The notes under the pieces are model-generated. The model worked only from the letters and a program-made list of their open reading frames with translations. It made no database searches and had not been told where the DNA came from. Shown piece by piece: positions 30,516 to 41,073 of a stretch of DNA of 64,000 nucleotides. The position numbers were made by a program, and so were the translations under genes. The DNA is taken from the IMG/VR virus record IMGVR_UViG_3300021400_001615, positions 32,001 to 96,000 of that record; one strand, given 5' to 3'. Source of the stretch: a virus. Lineage: Duplodnaviria > Caudoviricetes. Numbering within the stretch: the stretch's first letter is position 1; every line of letters begins with the position of its first letter.

Positions 30516-33227
30516 TTGGGTCAGTATGGCTGGAAAATAAAAAACTTTAAAGCTGCGACAGTATATGGCAAAAATATAGGCATACGTGACAGGTATGACT
30601 ATACAGATGCCATGCTGCATCATTCGTTATTTACGGCGTGGCTTAAAAAAAATGGAATGACTACTGATAAGAATGATGAGTCTACCAGAGATATAATCTG
30701 TATGGATTTTCAATTTGGTCTGCGCAGTTATAGGGAAGAGGTAAACCATTTAAAGCAGATGAGAAAAGATGCTGATGGTAATCCGGAAAAACTGGCCGTA
30801 ATTGATATGCTTGATAAAAAGGTAGAGGCTAATAAGAGTCTGTACAAAAAATTAAGCAAAGATGATATACGGAAGATTTTTTATGAGAATGGTGTTCCTA
30901 TTACATATTCTTATACTAATAAAAAAACAAATGAGACGGTTAGCGAAACCATCCATTATAAAATGCTTTACCGTAATCCTTCCAAAGCTAAACAGGGAAG
31001 TTGTATGTTTATAAGGGAAGAGTTATATGATAAAGCATATGATTGGTTAACAATGGGGATAGGTGAACGTTTGCCGGATCATAATGCAAAAATTGTGGAA
31101 ATATCTGCATATGCACCACTCTCCACTTCTGCTATTGAGGGAACTGTACATATTCCGGTAAAAGATGTGCTTATTCTTAATGACCAAGATAGTTTCTTTA
31201 GAACAATTGCAGATATTGTTCGTGCTGAAGATTACCAAATTATGTTTCGCGGAAAAACTAAAACAAGGAAGCGTTGCACTGTACACAGAGAAGAAACTGA
31301 TGTAAAAAATACTTTATGGGATGGTATGGCTTTAATCGAAACCTCAATAATGCCCGACTGGTGCAACGGAATGGCCTTGTTAAGAAATCATTTTTTCAAG
31401 GCTTGTGCATTTCGGAGTAAAATACAAAAATTCTTATCAGATTATTGTTATGAACATAATATAGATTATGATACATATACAATTAGAGATATGTTTGGAA
31501 AAAAACATCTAGCCAAAGATATCAAAATGATTACCACGGATAATGCTATTAAATGGAAAAAGTTTACCGATTTAATAGGAGGCACTCTTCCGAAGGCGTA
31601 TAAATATTGGTGTAAAAGAGTTAAAGAAGATGGATCAATTTGGGGCATAGTAAAAACCGATCACCAATCAAAGCTTGGCAATGTACAGCAGATGTCTTAT
31701 CAGATGATTAATACTCTCCCATGTTCCAAAGAAGACATTGCCGAGATAGCTAAAACAAGTGTTGATTATGTCACTTTACTCCGCAATAATGATGATGAGT
31801 TCGAAAAATATTTGCGCAAAAACGCAAACATTATAAATCACTATGATATGTTAGCCGACATGAGAGACTGGAACAGCGATTTTAATAAAAGTCATATGTG
31901 GAAAGTTGATAAGTCAGATATTATTAATGCGTATGTGGCAAAATTGCGCAAGGGAAAAATTACCGTCAACGGTGATAATCTAACTGTTTGCGGTAATCCA
32001 TACGCATTGTTGCTATATACTGTTGGGCAACCGTGGGAAGAAGATCCAACATTAAAGCCTGATGACGGTGTTATACAAATATATACTAAAAGGTTTGATG
32101 ACGGCGAGTATTTGTGTGGTATACGAAATCCGCATAATAGTGCTAATAATATAGGTTATTTTAAGAACGTTAAACATCCATTAATGGAAAAATATTTCGA
32201 TTTTAGCAATAATATTATGGCTGTTAATTGTATTCATACTGATGTTCAGGCTAGAATGAATGGAGAGGATTTTGATTCCGATTTTAATTTTGTTACTAAT
32301 CAGCCACAAATGGTTGAAGCTGCCCGTATAGCATATAGAGACTATCCAACGGTTGTCAATGAAATTGGTGAAAGCGGAATGTCTTATGATAATACGATGG
32401 CCGAATATGCCCGTATGGATTCTGCAATGCAAAGTGCGCAGAAAGCTATTGGCGGCTCCAGTGATACTGCCCAGCTTGCGCAGACTTATTATTGGACTAA
32501 AGTTAATAAAAAGGAGTTTGACGATGACTGCAAACAGTATTACGAAAATACGGTTATACTTGCCGTCTGTGCGCAATTGGCCATTGATGGATGCAAACGT
32601 GTGTTCGAGGTAAATGTTAACAATGATATTGCCAGGATACGTTCGCAGCCATGCATGAAAATGAAAAAAGATTACCCCGCTTTTATGAAATGGACCAAGG
32701 AAATTCCGGTAACAAAGAATGGCAAAGATAGGTCTTATGCGGAAATTAAAAAGGACAAAGATAAACTAAAGGAAAGAATAAACGAGAATCTTCAATGTCC
32801 TATGAATTGGTTACAAGATTGTTTTGATAAGCTGCAAGGAATTGATAAAAAAAGTGGCATTAAAACGATGTCATTTTTCATTAAGATTGAAGAAAAAAAA
32901 CCGAATAATCGTCAAATGTCAAGAATTCGTAAATTAGTCGAGGAATATGACTATTTTATTAAAAGCCATTTAGACTATTTTGATACTTCAGATGGTTTTG
33001 AATTGTTGGTTAATTATCATAATAACCTTATGGAAAATATAAAGTTGAGACCGATTGGTCATCAAACAATGAATAGATTAATTGAGGCTTCACTTGGTTT
33101 ACTTGGCAGAGGTATAAGATATAAGAAAGCTACAAAATTTACAAGAAAAATGCTAAACGTGCTATATCAATATGATCATGAAAAATTTCTAAAAAATTTT
33201 GTCAAAAAATCGCAAATATTTAATTAA
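30516..33227 (+). CDS. YonO-like single-subunit RNA polymerase
   Basis: RNPH...MNGEDFDSD catalytic loop, LAIDGCK; followed by HU as in SPbeta. Confidence 0.8.
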   Translation: MGQYGWKIKNFKAATVYGKNIGIRDRYDYTDAMLHHSLFTAWLKKNGMTTDKNDESTRDIICMDFQFGLRSYREEVNHLKQMRKDADGNPEKLAVIDMLDKKVEANKSLYKKLSKDDIRKIFYENGVPITYSYTNKKTNETVSETIHYKMLYRNPSKAKQGSCMFIREELYDKAYDWLTMGIGERLPDHNAKIVEISAYAPLSTSAIEGTVHIPVKDVLILNDQDSFFRTIADIVRAEDYQIMFRGKTKTRKRCTVHREETDVKNTLWDGMALIETSIMPDWCNGMALLRNHFFKACAFRSKIQKFLSDYCYEHNIDYDTYTIRDMFGKKHLAKDIKMITTDNAIKWKKFTDLIGGTLPKAYKYWCKRVKEDGSIWGIVKTDHQSKLGNVQQMSYQMINTLPCSKEDIAEIAKTSVDYVTLLRNNDDEFEKYLRKNANIINHYDMLADMRDWNSDFNKSHMWKVDKSDIINAYVAKLRKGKITVNGDNLTVCGNPYALLLYTVGQPWEEDPTLKPDDGVIQIYTKRFDDGEYLCGIRNPHNSANNIGYFKNVKHPLMEKYFDFSNNIMAVNCIHTDVQARMNGEDFDSDFNFVTNQPQMVEAARIAYRDYPTVVNEIGESGMSYDNTMAEYARMDSAMQSAQKAIGGSSDTAQLAQTYYWTKVNKKEFDDDCKQYYENTVILAVCAQLAIDGCKRVFEVNVNNDIARIRSQPCMKMKKDYPAFMKWTKEIPVTKNGKDRSYAEIKKDKDKLKERINENLQCPMNWLQDCFDKLQGIDKKSGIKTMSFFIKIEEKKPNNRQMSRIRKLVEEYDYFIKSHLDYFDTSDGFELLVNYHNNLMENIKLRPIGHQTMNRLIEASLGLLGRGIRYKKATKFTRKMLNVLYQYDHEKFLKNFVKKSQIFN

Positions 33228-33463
33228 AACTACTGACTTTTTTTAAAATCAATGTGCTTCAAAGAACTAAAATCTAGTGTTTAAATAGCGATTAATTCCT
33301 AAAGTCTTATATGAGGGAATTACATGTTCTCTCTACCGCTATTGCCGAGTGCGGTATATATAAATATGGATTCATGAATGCTTTGTACCTTCTGGGTGTT
33401 ATATAGGTTAAACATCCATTTTTCTACAAAAACATTTTAAGGATATAAAAGGAGATTATTATT

Positions 33464-33781
33464 ATGACGAAAAAGGATTTTATTGTAAAAGTTACAGCCG
33501 ATGCTAATAAAATTATGCAAGAGGACGATACTAAAGCTAAAGTTACGCAGAAGATTGCTGCTGCTGTAATTGATAGTGCATTTGAAGCCATTATTGATGG
33601 TATGAAGAATGGACAAAGGGTTATTCCGCATAGCGGCTTCATTTTTAGCTCCGTATGGAAAGAAGCGCATGTGGCAAAAAATAATTTATTTGGCGGTGGC
33701 GAGGTCGAAGTTCCCGGCAAATACATTCCCAAGATTAAGTTTGGTCCACACGTTAAAGAAGGTATTAACTCCGAAGATTGA
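33464..33781 (+). CDS. HU/IHF-like DNA-binding protein
   Basis: MTKKDF...NLFGGGEVEVPGKYIPKIKFG. Confidence 0.8.
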   Translation: MTKKDFIVKVTADANKIMQEDDTKAKVTQKIAAAVIDSAFEAIIDGMKNGQRVIPHSGFIFSSVWKEAHVAKNNLFGGGEVEVPGKYIPKIKFGPHVKEGINSED

Positions 33782-33852
33782 TTCATATACTTTTTTATTA
33801 TTCTAAATTCTTATTTCCTCCTCTCCCATTTCAAAATAGAATTTAGTTTTAT

Positions 33853-33880
33853 GCCGGTAGCTATAATGCTACCGGTTTTT
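33853..33880 (+). terminator. Rho-independent terminator
   Basis: GCCGGTAGC/GCTACCGGT stem plus T tract. Confidence 0.7.
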
Positions 33881-33886
33881 ATTTAT

Positions 33887-33958
33887 AGAGTATGTGGTGT
33901 AACAGTAACACGCCGATTTTGGGAGTCGGAGTATCCCGGGCGGCACGGGCATATTCTA
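33887..33958 (+). tRNA. tRNA-Pro(UGG)-like, non-canonical T arm
   Basis: AGAGTATG/CATATTCT acceptor, GTGT/ACAC D stem, CCGAT-TTTGGGA-GTCGG, T loop GGCGGCA. Confidence 0.65.
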
Positions 33959-34005
33959 CTTGTGAATAATTTAATATTATTTTCAAAATATACTTATTAA
34001 AGGGG

Positions 34006-34203
34006 TTGAAATTATTGATTGCAATTTCTAGAGAAGAAGCTCGTATGATCAGAGAAGCTGGCAGAGGCGAAGATGTTCATATGAGTTCAAGAAGTAAAAA
34101 ATCTCGTGGAAAGAGATATTTTCTTACAGAGTCATATAAAAGTATGAAGCTGCTAAATGATTATAGAAATGAAAGAACTTCTGAAGTACACGAGAGGAGT
34201 TGA
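34006..34203 (+). CDS. Small basic hypothetical protein
   Basis: ORF with RBS. Confidence 0.6.
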   Translation: MKLLIAISREEARMIREAGRGEDVHMSSRSKKSRGKRYFLTESYKSMKLLNDYRNERTSEVHERS

Positions 34204-34209
34204 TATTAA

Positions 34210-35025
34210 TTGGGTCATGAATTCTATAAAGGTTATAAAGAAATAACCGGAAATACTTATGAAATAAATGAGTACATGGAGAACATCAATACGTCCATTT
34301 GGTATCCAAATGAGTATTTGATTATTAACAATATTGATGATGGAAGTACAAAAGAAATGCGCTGGGATGGAAACAGTTTTGTTCCATTAAGACTTCCAAA
34401 TTCTAAATTTATAAAAGGAAAGAATGCTCTGCAAAGATGCGCTCTTGATATGCTTAATAATAAGGATATTACTATTTGTGTAATACTTGGTACTTATGGC
34501 AGCGGAAAATCTTACCTTCTTACTAGAATGGCCGATTACTGTGTTAGGGAAAAAGGATGGCAATCCAAGATTTGTTTTATTCGTGAACCTTGGGGTGAAG
34601 GTCGTGAAGAGGGTTATTTAAAGGGGGATTTTTCGCAGAAGAATGAAATATGGACTCTTCCGATTAAACAGCAATTTGATGGTCAAGAGTATGAGGTTGA
34701 CCGAATGCAGGATCAGGGTCTCATTGAATTTAATATTCCTACTTATATGAAAGGGACCACCTATCCATATACCGTCATGGTCATCGATGAAGCGGAAGAT
34801 CTGACGGAAAAACAGATAAGACTTATTGGCACTAGAATAGGCGAGGGAGGAAGAACGTTCTGGGATGGCGATTATAGACAATCGCTGTTGGATGATTCTT
34901 ATGATAATCCTCTCTTAAAAATGTGTAATGAATTTAAAGGTTCAAAGCTATTTGGAGTTATCACTCTTGAAGAAGATGTTAGAAGCGAAACCAGTAGGTT
35001 ATTCGCTAATTTATTTAATGATTAA
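34210..35025 (+). CDS. phoH: PhoH-family ATPase
   Basis: GTYGSGKS, MKGTT, VIDEAE, GTRIGEG, GDYRQ, RS motifs. Confidence 0.9.
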   Translation: MGHEFYKGYKEITGNTYEINEYMENINTSIWYPNEYLIINNIDDGSTKEMRWDGNSFVPLRLPNSKFIKGKNALQRCALDMLNNKDITICVILGTYGSGKSYLLTRMADYCVREKGWQSKICFIREPWGEGREEGYLKGDFSQKNEIWTLPIKQQFDGQEYEVDRMQDQGLIEFNIPTYMKGTTYPYTVMVIDEAEDLTEKQIRLIGTRIGEGGRTFWDGDYRQSLLDDSYDNPLLKMCNEFKGSKLFGVITLEEDVRSETSRLFANLFND

Positions 35026-35038
35026 AAGGAGAAAAGAT

Positions 35039-35368
35039 ATGGAGATTCGCACATTAAAAAATGAAAACAAAGTAACAAATGCAGCCAATGTAAAGGGCAA
35101 GGTTATTCGTAAAGCACAAATTGCCCGGCAGTTAGTACAGCGTGGTCAGAGAATTATTGATATTAAGGCTGATAGAAATGATCCGGATGGCAAAAGATCA
35201 GTTTATGTATTTGAAGATAATGATGAATTTCAGAATGTGTTTTCATCTATTATTGAGGAAAACAAAAGAAACAGAGAGAATTCGGACATTGCCACGTTGA
35301 AAAGACAGGCTGAGGAAATGAGAAAGCAGATTGATGCACTTACAAAAAATGTAGACGAAAAGGAGTGA
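35039..35368 (+). CDS. Hypothetical protein (DUF5659-like)
   Basis: IARQLVQRG.RIIDIK...SVYVFE; start at MEIR after AGGAG. Confidence 0.6.
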   Translation: MEIRTLKNENKVTNAANVKGKVIRKAQIARQLVQRGQRIIDIKADRNDPDGKRSVYVFEDNDEFQNVFSSIIEENKRNRENSDIATLKRQAEEMRKQIDALTKNVDEKE

Positions 35369-35374
35369 TAGCTT

Positions 35375-36004
35375 ATGCAATTACTTGAACTACCCGTTAT
35401 TGAGAATATAAAATCCGATGGCTATCTTACGCCAGAGGAATATACATATTGGAAAGCAAGAGAAAGTAGAACTTTTATGATTGATTATGAAATTGACGAA
35501 GACTACTCTCTCATCGAATTAAGTAAAATTATCATTCAAATGAATATGGATGAAATGAATATACCAAAGGAAGAATTAAAGCCGATTTACATTTGGGTTC
35601 ATAGCTTTGGCGGTGATATGCAGCAGCAAAGATTTTTTTCTGATCTATTAATTTCAAGCCGCATCCCTATTGTCACAATTGCTATGGGCGCAGCCATGTC
35701 TGCTGGATTTTTAATTTTCCTGGCTGGTCATAAACGCTATGCTTTTCCACATTCCAAGTTATTGGTTCATGATGGATATGCCGGATTTGAGGGAACTGCA
35801 TCTGAGATGGAGGAATTTCAGAAAAATTACAAGAAAATGATTTCTGAAATGAAGGAATATGTACTTTCCAGAACCACGATAGATGAAAAGACATTTAAAA
35901 AATATCAAAATAAAGATTGGTATTTAACCTCCGAAGAATTATTGAAGTTTCATGTTGTTGATAAACTAATTGATAATATTGAGGATATTTTTAGTGGGGA
36001 ATAA
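35375..36004 (+). CDS. ClpP-like protease
   Basis: HSFGG, AMSAG, LVH, DWYLT. Confidence 0.85.
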   Translation: MQLLELPVIENIKSDGYLTPEEYTYWKARESRTFMIDYEIDEDYSLIELSKIIIQMNMDEMNIPKEELKPIYIWVHSFGGDMQQQRFFSDLLISSRIPIVTIAMGAAMSAGFLIFLAGHKRYAFPHSKLLVHDGYAGFEGTASEMEEFQKNYKKMISEMKEYVLSRTTIDEKTFKKYQNKDWYLTSEELLKFHVVDKLIDNIEDIFSGE

Positions 36005-36083
36005 TTTTCCCCACATTTTAATTATATAAAAAACATCTCGTGCATTTGTAAGAGTTAAATGGTTAATAAAAGGAGAAAATAAT

Positions 36084-36305
36084 ATGGCTAAAAATTATAC
36101 ATACAATAGAGTTTTGACTGATAAGTTTAATATTAAAGGTGTTCTTTCCGAGGACTGCAAAACTATTACCTATGTAAATGGTGATAAGGAAGAACTGCAA
36201 ATTGATGTAGCTAAATGTTTCGAACCGTTTAAGGGCGAGGAAATTACTCTTGTTATTACTGTTAAGCAGGATCAGGATCTTTCGGATGAATTTGAGGAGG
36301 AATGA
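36084..36305 (+). CDS. YonK-like small protein
   Basis: Size and synteny before the metallophosphoesterase. Confidence 0.5.
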   Translation: MAKNYTYNRVLTDKFNIKGVLSEDCKTITYVNGDKEELQIDVAKCFEPFKGEEITLVITVKQDQDLSDEFEEE

Positions 36306-36306
36306 T

Positions 36307-37512
36307 ATGGCCTCTGTAAATCTTAACAAAAGACCCGATGAATCTGAGCTTGGTTATATTAATAGGATAGGTAACTATAAGGTTTCCGGTATTATTGATA
36401 TGACCTGGACGGAATTGGCGGACTTATTTAATAAAAATTTACGTGAACCCGGCGAATGGTGGACTGAGTCTGCATATAGAAAGAAGTTCGCAAACATGCG
36501 ACGCTTCAAAGAGGAATTTGCCGGTGACACTACTGATATTAATGAAATTGATGAGCTTAAAGAACTTAAACGTGAGTTAGAAAAAGAGAAAGTCAAAGTT
36601 CGTGACGAGCGCAATGAATACCGCAAGCTGATCCGTGACGAGGCTAGGAAGGAGTCTTATCAGGATCAGTTTATTCGTTCCATTGAAGAAACAGCAGGAA
36701 AATACGCTCTTGATAATACTGTTAAATATCACATTCATACTGTTTCGGATAATGATATGATTATTTGTTTAACGGATATACATGCCGGTATAGAGGTCCA
36801 TAATTTCTGGAATAATTATGATAAAGATATACTTAAAGAACGTTTACAGCATTATCTTTCTAGAATACATGAAATTAGAGAAAGACATAAAGCTCAGAAT
36901 GCTTACCTTGTTATCTCTGAACTTTTGTCTGGTATAATTCATCCAACTCTTCGTATTCAAAATAACCAGGATCTTATAGATCAATTTTTAATGATCACAG
37001 ATTATCTTTGCGATTTCATTAAAGATCTGAGTACAGAATTTAATAATGTAAACGTGTATGTTGCTCCCGGAAATCATAGCAGAATAAATCCAAAGAAGGA
37101 TCAAGATCTTGCTCACGAAAATATGGATAATTTGGTTATTCCTTTTTTAAAAGCGAGATTGCAAAATTATTCCAATGTAAAATGCTGGGATAATCTTATA
37201 GAACAATCTATGGCTGTTTTTAACGTTAGGAAATTGACGGTTGTTGCTGTACATGGTGACAGGGATTCTTTTTCTTCCGTAGCTGATAATGTAAGTAAGA
37301 TGTTGGGTGCGAAGGTTGATTTGGTGATTACTGGTCATAAGCATACCAACAGAATGATGACAGATTCTGACGTGAAGGTTGTTCAAAGTGGGTGCTTATC
37401 TGGAAGTGATGAGTTTGCTATTAATAATAGGCTTAGGAACAGGCCGGAACAGGTTGTTTGCATTATATCTGAAGCAGAGGGACTTGATTGTATTTATGAT
37501 ATTAAGTTTTAA
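36307..37512 (+). CDS. Metallophosphoesterase (YonJ-like)
   Basis: TDIH, GNH, HGD, GHKH motifs. Confidence 0.85.
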   Translation: MASVNLNKRPDESELGYINRIGNYKVSGIIDMTWTELADLFNKNLREPGEWWTESAYRKKFANMRRFKEEFAGDTTDINEIDELKELKRELEKEKVKVRDERNEYRKLIRDEARKESYQDQFIRSIEETAGKYALDNTVKYHIHTVSDNDMIICLTDIHAGIEVHNFWNNYDKDILKERLQHYLSRIHEIRERHKAQNAYLVISELLSGIIHPTLRIQNNQDLIDQFLMITDYLCDFIKDLSTEFNNVNVYVAPGNHSRINPKKDQDLAHENMDNLVIPFLKARLQNYSNVKCWDNLIEQSMAVFNVRKLTVVAVHGDRDSFSSVADNVSKMLGAKVDLVITGHKHTNRMMTDSDVKVVQSGCLSGSDEFAINNRLRNRPEQVVCIISEAEGLDCIYDIKF

Positions 37513-37524
37513 AGGAGAAAAAGG

Positions 37525-38091
37525 ATGAATAAAATTATTATTAATGATGGCAATGATCTTGCCCGTGAGATTTTAGGATATTTATCCGATCATGAATGTA
37601 TTGATGATTTTGGTGTTGTTGCTGATTATTATACTATTTGTGATTTATTAAATGGACTTATTAAGGATGATAATAATTGTTATAATGCAGTTTCTGTCGA
37701 TCTTCATGATCCAGAATATGATAATTATGATGACGCATATTATCTTGAGGGTAATGTGAATACACAAGAGATATACGTTGGAAAGATGATTTGTGAGGGT
37801 CATGATGATTTTTTAATTATAATGGGCGATGTTATATTCATCGATCATATATATCTGGATCAGTATATGGAGTCGAAAAATTCTTCAAAGAATTTAAAAG
37901 TATTTGCTTATGCTGATGATGAATATGATCACGCTGATTATGCACCATGTTTTTGTTGGAAAGACGAAGATCACAAGGGGTTTTCATTTTGTGTTGATAA
38001 TGATCATGATCATGTAAGAATTAAATATGAAGGTACTAAGACGCTTACTACTGATGAAGCTTATAAGATTATTGATAGTTATTTTGATTAA
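37525..38091 (+). CDS. Acidic hypothetical protein
   Basis: ORF with RBS. Confidence 0.7.
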   Translation: MNKIIINDGNDLAREILGYLSDHECIDDFGVVADYYTICDLLNGLIKDDNNCYNAVSVDLHDPEYDNYDDAYYLEGNVNTQEIYVGKMICEGHDDFLIIMGDVIFIDHIYLDQYMESKNSSKNLKVFAYADDEYDHADYAPCFCWKDEDHKGFSFCVDNDHDHVRIKYEGTKTLTTDEAYKIIDSYFD

Positions 38092-38149
38092 GCGTTCGGG
38101 ATGGGTACTTGTCCCCTGTTTTTTATAAATGTAGATTATAATGTCTACA

Positions 38150-38207
38150 GTCGATGTGGCTAATGGAGTCGTGTTTTATACATGTGGTTCGAATCCGCAC
38201 ATCGGCT
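38150..38207 (+). ncRNA. Minimal tRNA-like element with no full anticodon arm
   Basis: GTCGATG/CATCGGC acceptor; canonical TGTGG-TTCGAAT-CCGCA T arm. Confidence 0.55.
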
Positions 38208-38249
38208 TTATGCGTCAATCGCAAAAATGATTAAAAGGATGGTGAAATT

Positions 38250-39308
38250 ATGATTAGGTTAAAACCCGCTTTATCCGAGGAAGAGATTAGAAAAACTGGC
38301 GTTGCAGAAGTGCGTAAAGCCTATAACAATCTCGCAAAAGATTATAATCGTATACTTGATGGTAAGCTTTGCTATTGTCATAAATGCAATGAGTTTCGAA
38401 ACGCCGATGCTTTTTATTCGAATAAGAATTATGCAAGCGGAGCCTTTCCAATATGCAAAAAATGTTTAATGGAAATGGCTTGCGACTATGATAAAAAAAC
38501 AAATCAGTATACGGATAATCGTGAAAAAACTATGGAAGTGTTAAAAATGATGGATCTTCCATATATAGATTCATTATATCAATCCGCTCTTACTTCTACT
38601 AATGAGGACATTCAGGACAAGCACAGAAGTACTGCGTGGAGTCAGTATATAGTAATGATAAAAAGTTTGTTTCAATATAAAGATAAGAAATGGAAAGACT
38701 CAGAACTTCCGGTGGATTATTTGGATAAAGATGAAGAAGAAATAAATGAAAATTCCAGAATGCTTAAACAAGCAAAGAAGCGTTTTGGTGATGGTTATAC
38801 TAATTCCGATCTTTTGTTTCTAGAAACCGAATATAGAGATTGGATAAAACGTTATGCCTGTGAAAATAAAGCGCAGGAAATATTGTTCAAGAGGATTTGT
38901 TTTAAGGAGCTTGAGATAGATAAGGCGCAAAAATCAGGCAGAGACACAAAGGAATTGGATAAAACCTTGCAGGATTTGATGGGCAGTATGTCTTTGAAGC
39001 CAAATCAAAATAATTCAAATGCTCTTACAGAGGCAAAGACATTTGGCCAGTTAATTCAAAAATGGGAAAACGAAAAACCTATTCCTGAGCCAGAAGGCGA
39101 TTTTAAGGACGTTGATAAAATCGGCGTTTATCTTGATGTATTTTTTAAAGGTCATCTATCTAAGATGATGGGATTAAAAAATGCTTTCACGCCTTTATAT
39201 GATAGGTTTATGAAAAAGTATACGGTCAATAAGCCGCAGTATGATGAGGATTCCGATTCTGAAGCGTTATTTGACCAGATTTTTGGTACGAATTTGGATG
39301 ACGCATAA
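38250..39308 (+). CDS. Zn-finger protein preceding terminase (possible small subunit)
   Basis: CHKC...ICKKC; its stop overlaps the terminase ATG. Confidence 0.65.
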   Translation: MIRLKPALSEEEIRKTGVAEVRKAYNNLAKDYNRILDGKLCYCHKCNEFRNADAFYSNKNYASGAFPICKKCLMEMACDYDKKTNQYTDNREKTMEVLKMMDLPYIDSLYQSALTSTNEDIQDKHRSTAWSQYIVMIKSLFQYKDKKWKDSELPVDYLDKDEEEINENSRMLKQAKKRFGDGYTNSDLLFLETEYRDWIKRYACENKAQEILFKRICFKELEIDKAQKSGRDTKELDKTLQDLMGSMSLKPNQNNSNALTEAKTFGQLIQKWENEKPIPEPEGDFKDVDKIGVYLDVFFKGHLSKMMGLKNAFTPLYDRFMKKYTVNKPQYDEDSDSEALFDQIFGTNLDDA

Positions 39309-41059
39309 TGGCTGAAATAAAAAAAACTGTTCGTGAAATTGCTCAGGATAAAGAACAGAAAATAATGGAAACCGTTGCCTGGAGAGCTTCTTATTATAGA
39401 GCTAATCCACAAAGATATGTTGAAGAGGTTCTTGGTATTCACTTGAAGTTATTTCAGAAAATCCTTATATGGGCAATGATGTAGTATCACTATTTTATGT
39501 TTATTGCTGCTCGAGGAATGTCAAAAACATGGTTAACAGCATTGTTTTGTGTTGTAAGATGCATATTATATCCCGGTAGCAAAATAGTTGTATGCGCCGG
39601 TACATTAAAATAGGCCAATGGTGTTCTATTAAAAATACAAGATGAATTTATGAAACAATCGTCCATTTTGTGTAGTGAAATTGAGAGGTGTAATATTTCA
39701 TAGAATGAGGCGATTATCATGTTTAAAAATGGCTCTTGGATAACTACGAGGACAAGTACAGATAATGCTCGTGGTGCCAGGGCAAATATAATAGTTGTCG
39801 ATGAATTCCGGATGGTTGATGAGACAATTTTGAATATGGTTATAAGAAAATTCTTAACAAGTCCCAGACAGCCGAATTACTTAAATAAGCCTCAATATGC
39901 TCATTTACAAGAAAGAAATAAAGAAATATATATGTCTAGTGCATATTTTAAGTCTTCTTGGGCATGGAAAAAATTACAGGCTTATGTATTAAATTTCTTT
40001 GATGATACAAAAAAATATTTTGTCTGTGGATTGCCGTATCAATTAAGCATTAAAGAGGGACTACTATCTCGTGAGCAAATTAGAGATGAAATGAGCGAGT
40101 CAGACTTTAATGAACTTGCTTTTATTATGGAAATGGAAGCAATTTGGTTTGGTGATACGGGTGACAATTTATTCAGGTTTGAAGAAATAAATAAATGCAG
40201 AAAGATAAAGAATGCTTTATTACCTCTAAAGTTTTACAATGACAAAATAAAGGTTCCAGATTCGCTGCAAACCGAAAAGCGCATATTATCTGTTGACGTT
40301 GCTTTAATGGGATCGTCAAAGAAGAAAAAAAATGATGCTTCTGCACTATATATTAATAGTGCGATTTAGTCAGATAATGTAACATATCATTCTAACATTA
40401 TATATGGGGAAACTTTTGAGGGGTTAACAACTGATGAACTTGGAATTATTGTTATGAGATATTTTTATAAATACAAATGTACAGACTTGGTACTTGATAG
40501 TAACGGACTGGGCCTTGGTGTCGCCGATTTCATTTGTAAGGACCAATATGACTCAGAGACCGGTGAAACATACAAAGCCATATGTTGTTGTAATGATGAT
40601 GATATGGCGGCAAGGTGTAAAGTTAAAGATGCTGTAAAAGCAATGTGGTCAGTCAAGGCAACAAGCAACTTTAATAATGAAGTTTGTGTATTATTAAGGA
40701 CTGGAATACAAAATGGAAAAATTAGCTTTTTGGTTTCAGAGGAAGATTGCGATGAAAGTATATCCAAGATTTATAAATAGTATTCTAAATTAAGTCCAAC
40801 AGATCGAACTTATATCAAAATGCCGTATTTGCAAACAACAATGGCTGAGTATGAATTAATTAAGTTAGATCATGAGGTTAGAAATGGTAATATTAAAGTT
40901 AAAGAACAATCCGGTATGAGAAAAGACCGCTACTCTTCTATTGCTTATAATTATTGGTGTGCTTGTCAACTTGAGTTGAAACTGCGGCCAAAACAGAATG
41001 ATAATAATTTGGTGAACTATTTGCCAATTCGTCCGGCAAAAAGGTTCAGATCTATTTGA
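39308..41059 (+). CDS. Terminase large subunit, 583 aa, five in-frame TAG
   Basis: ARGMSKT, GTLK*AN, ARGAR, VVDEF, SVDVA, KDRYS in one frame; TAG at 39482, 39611, 39701, 40367, 40778. Confidence 0.92.
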
Positions 41060-41073
41060 GGGGGTGTTTGCCA

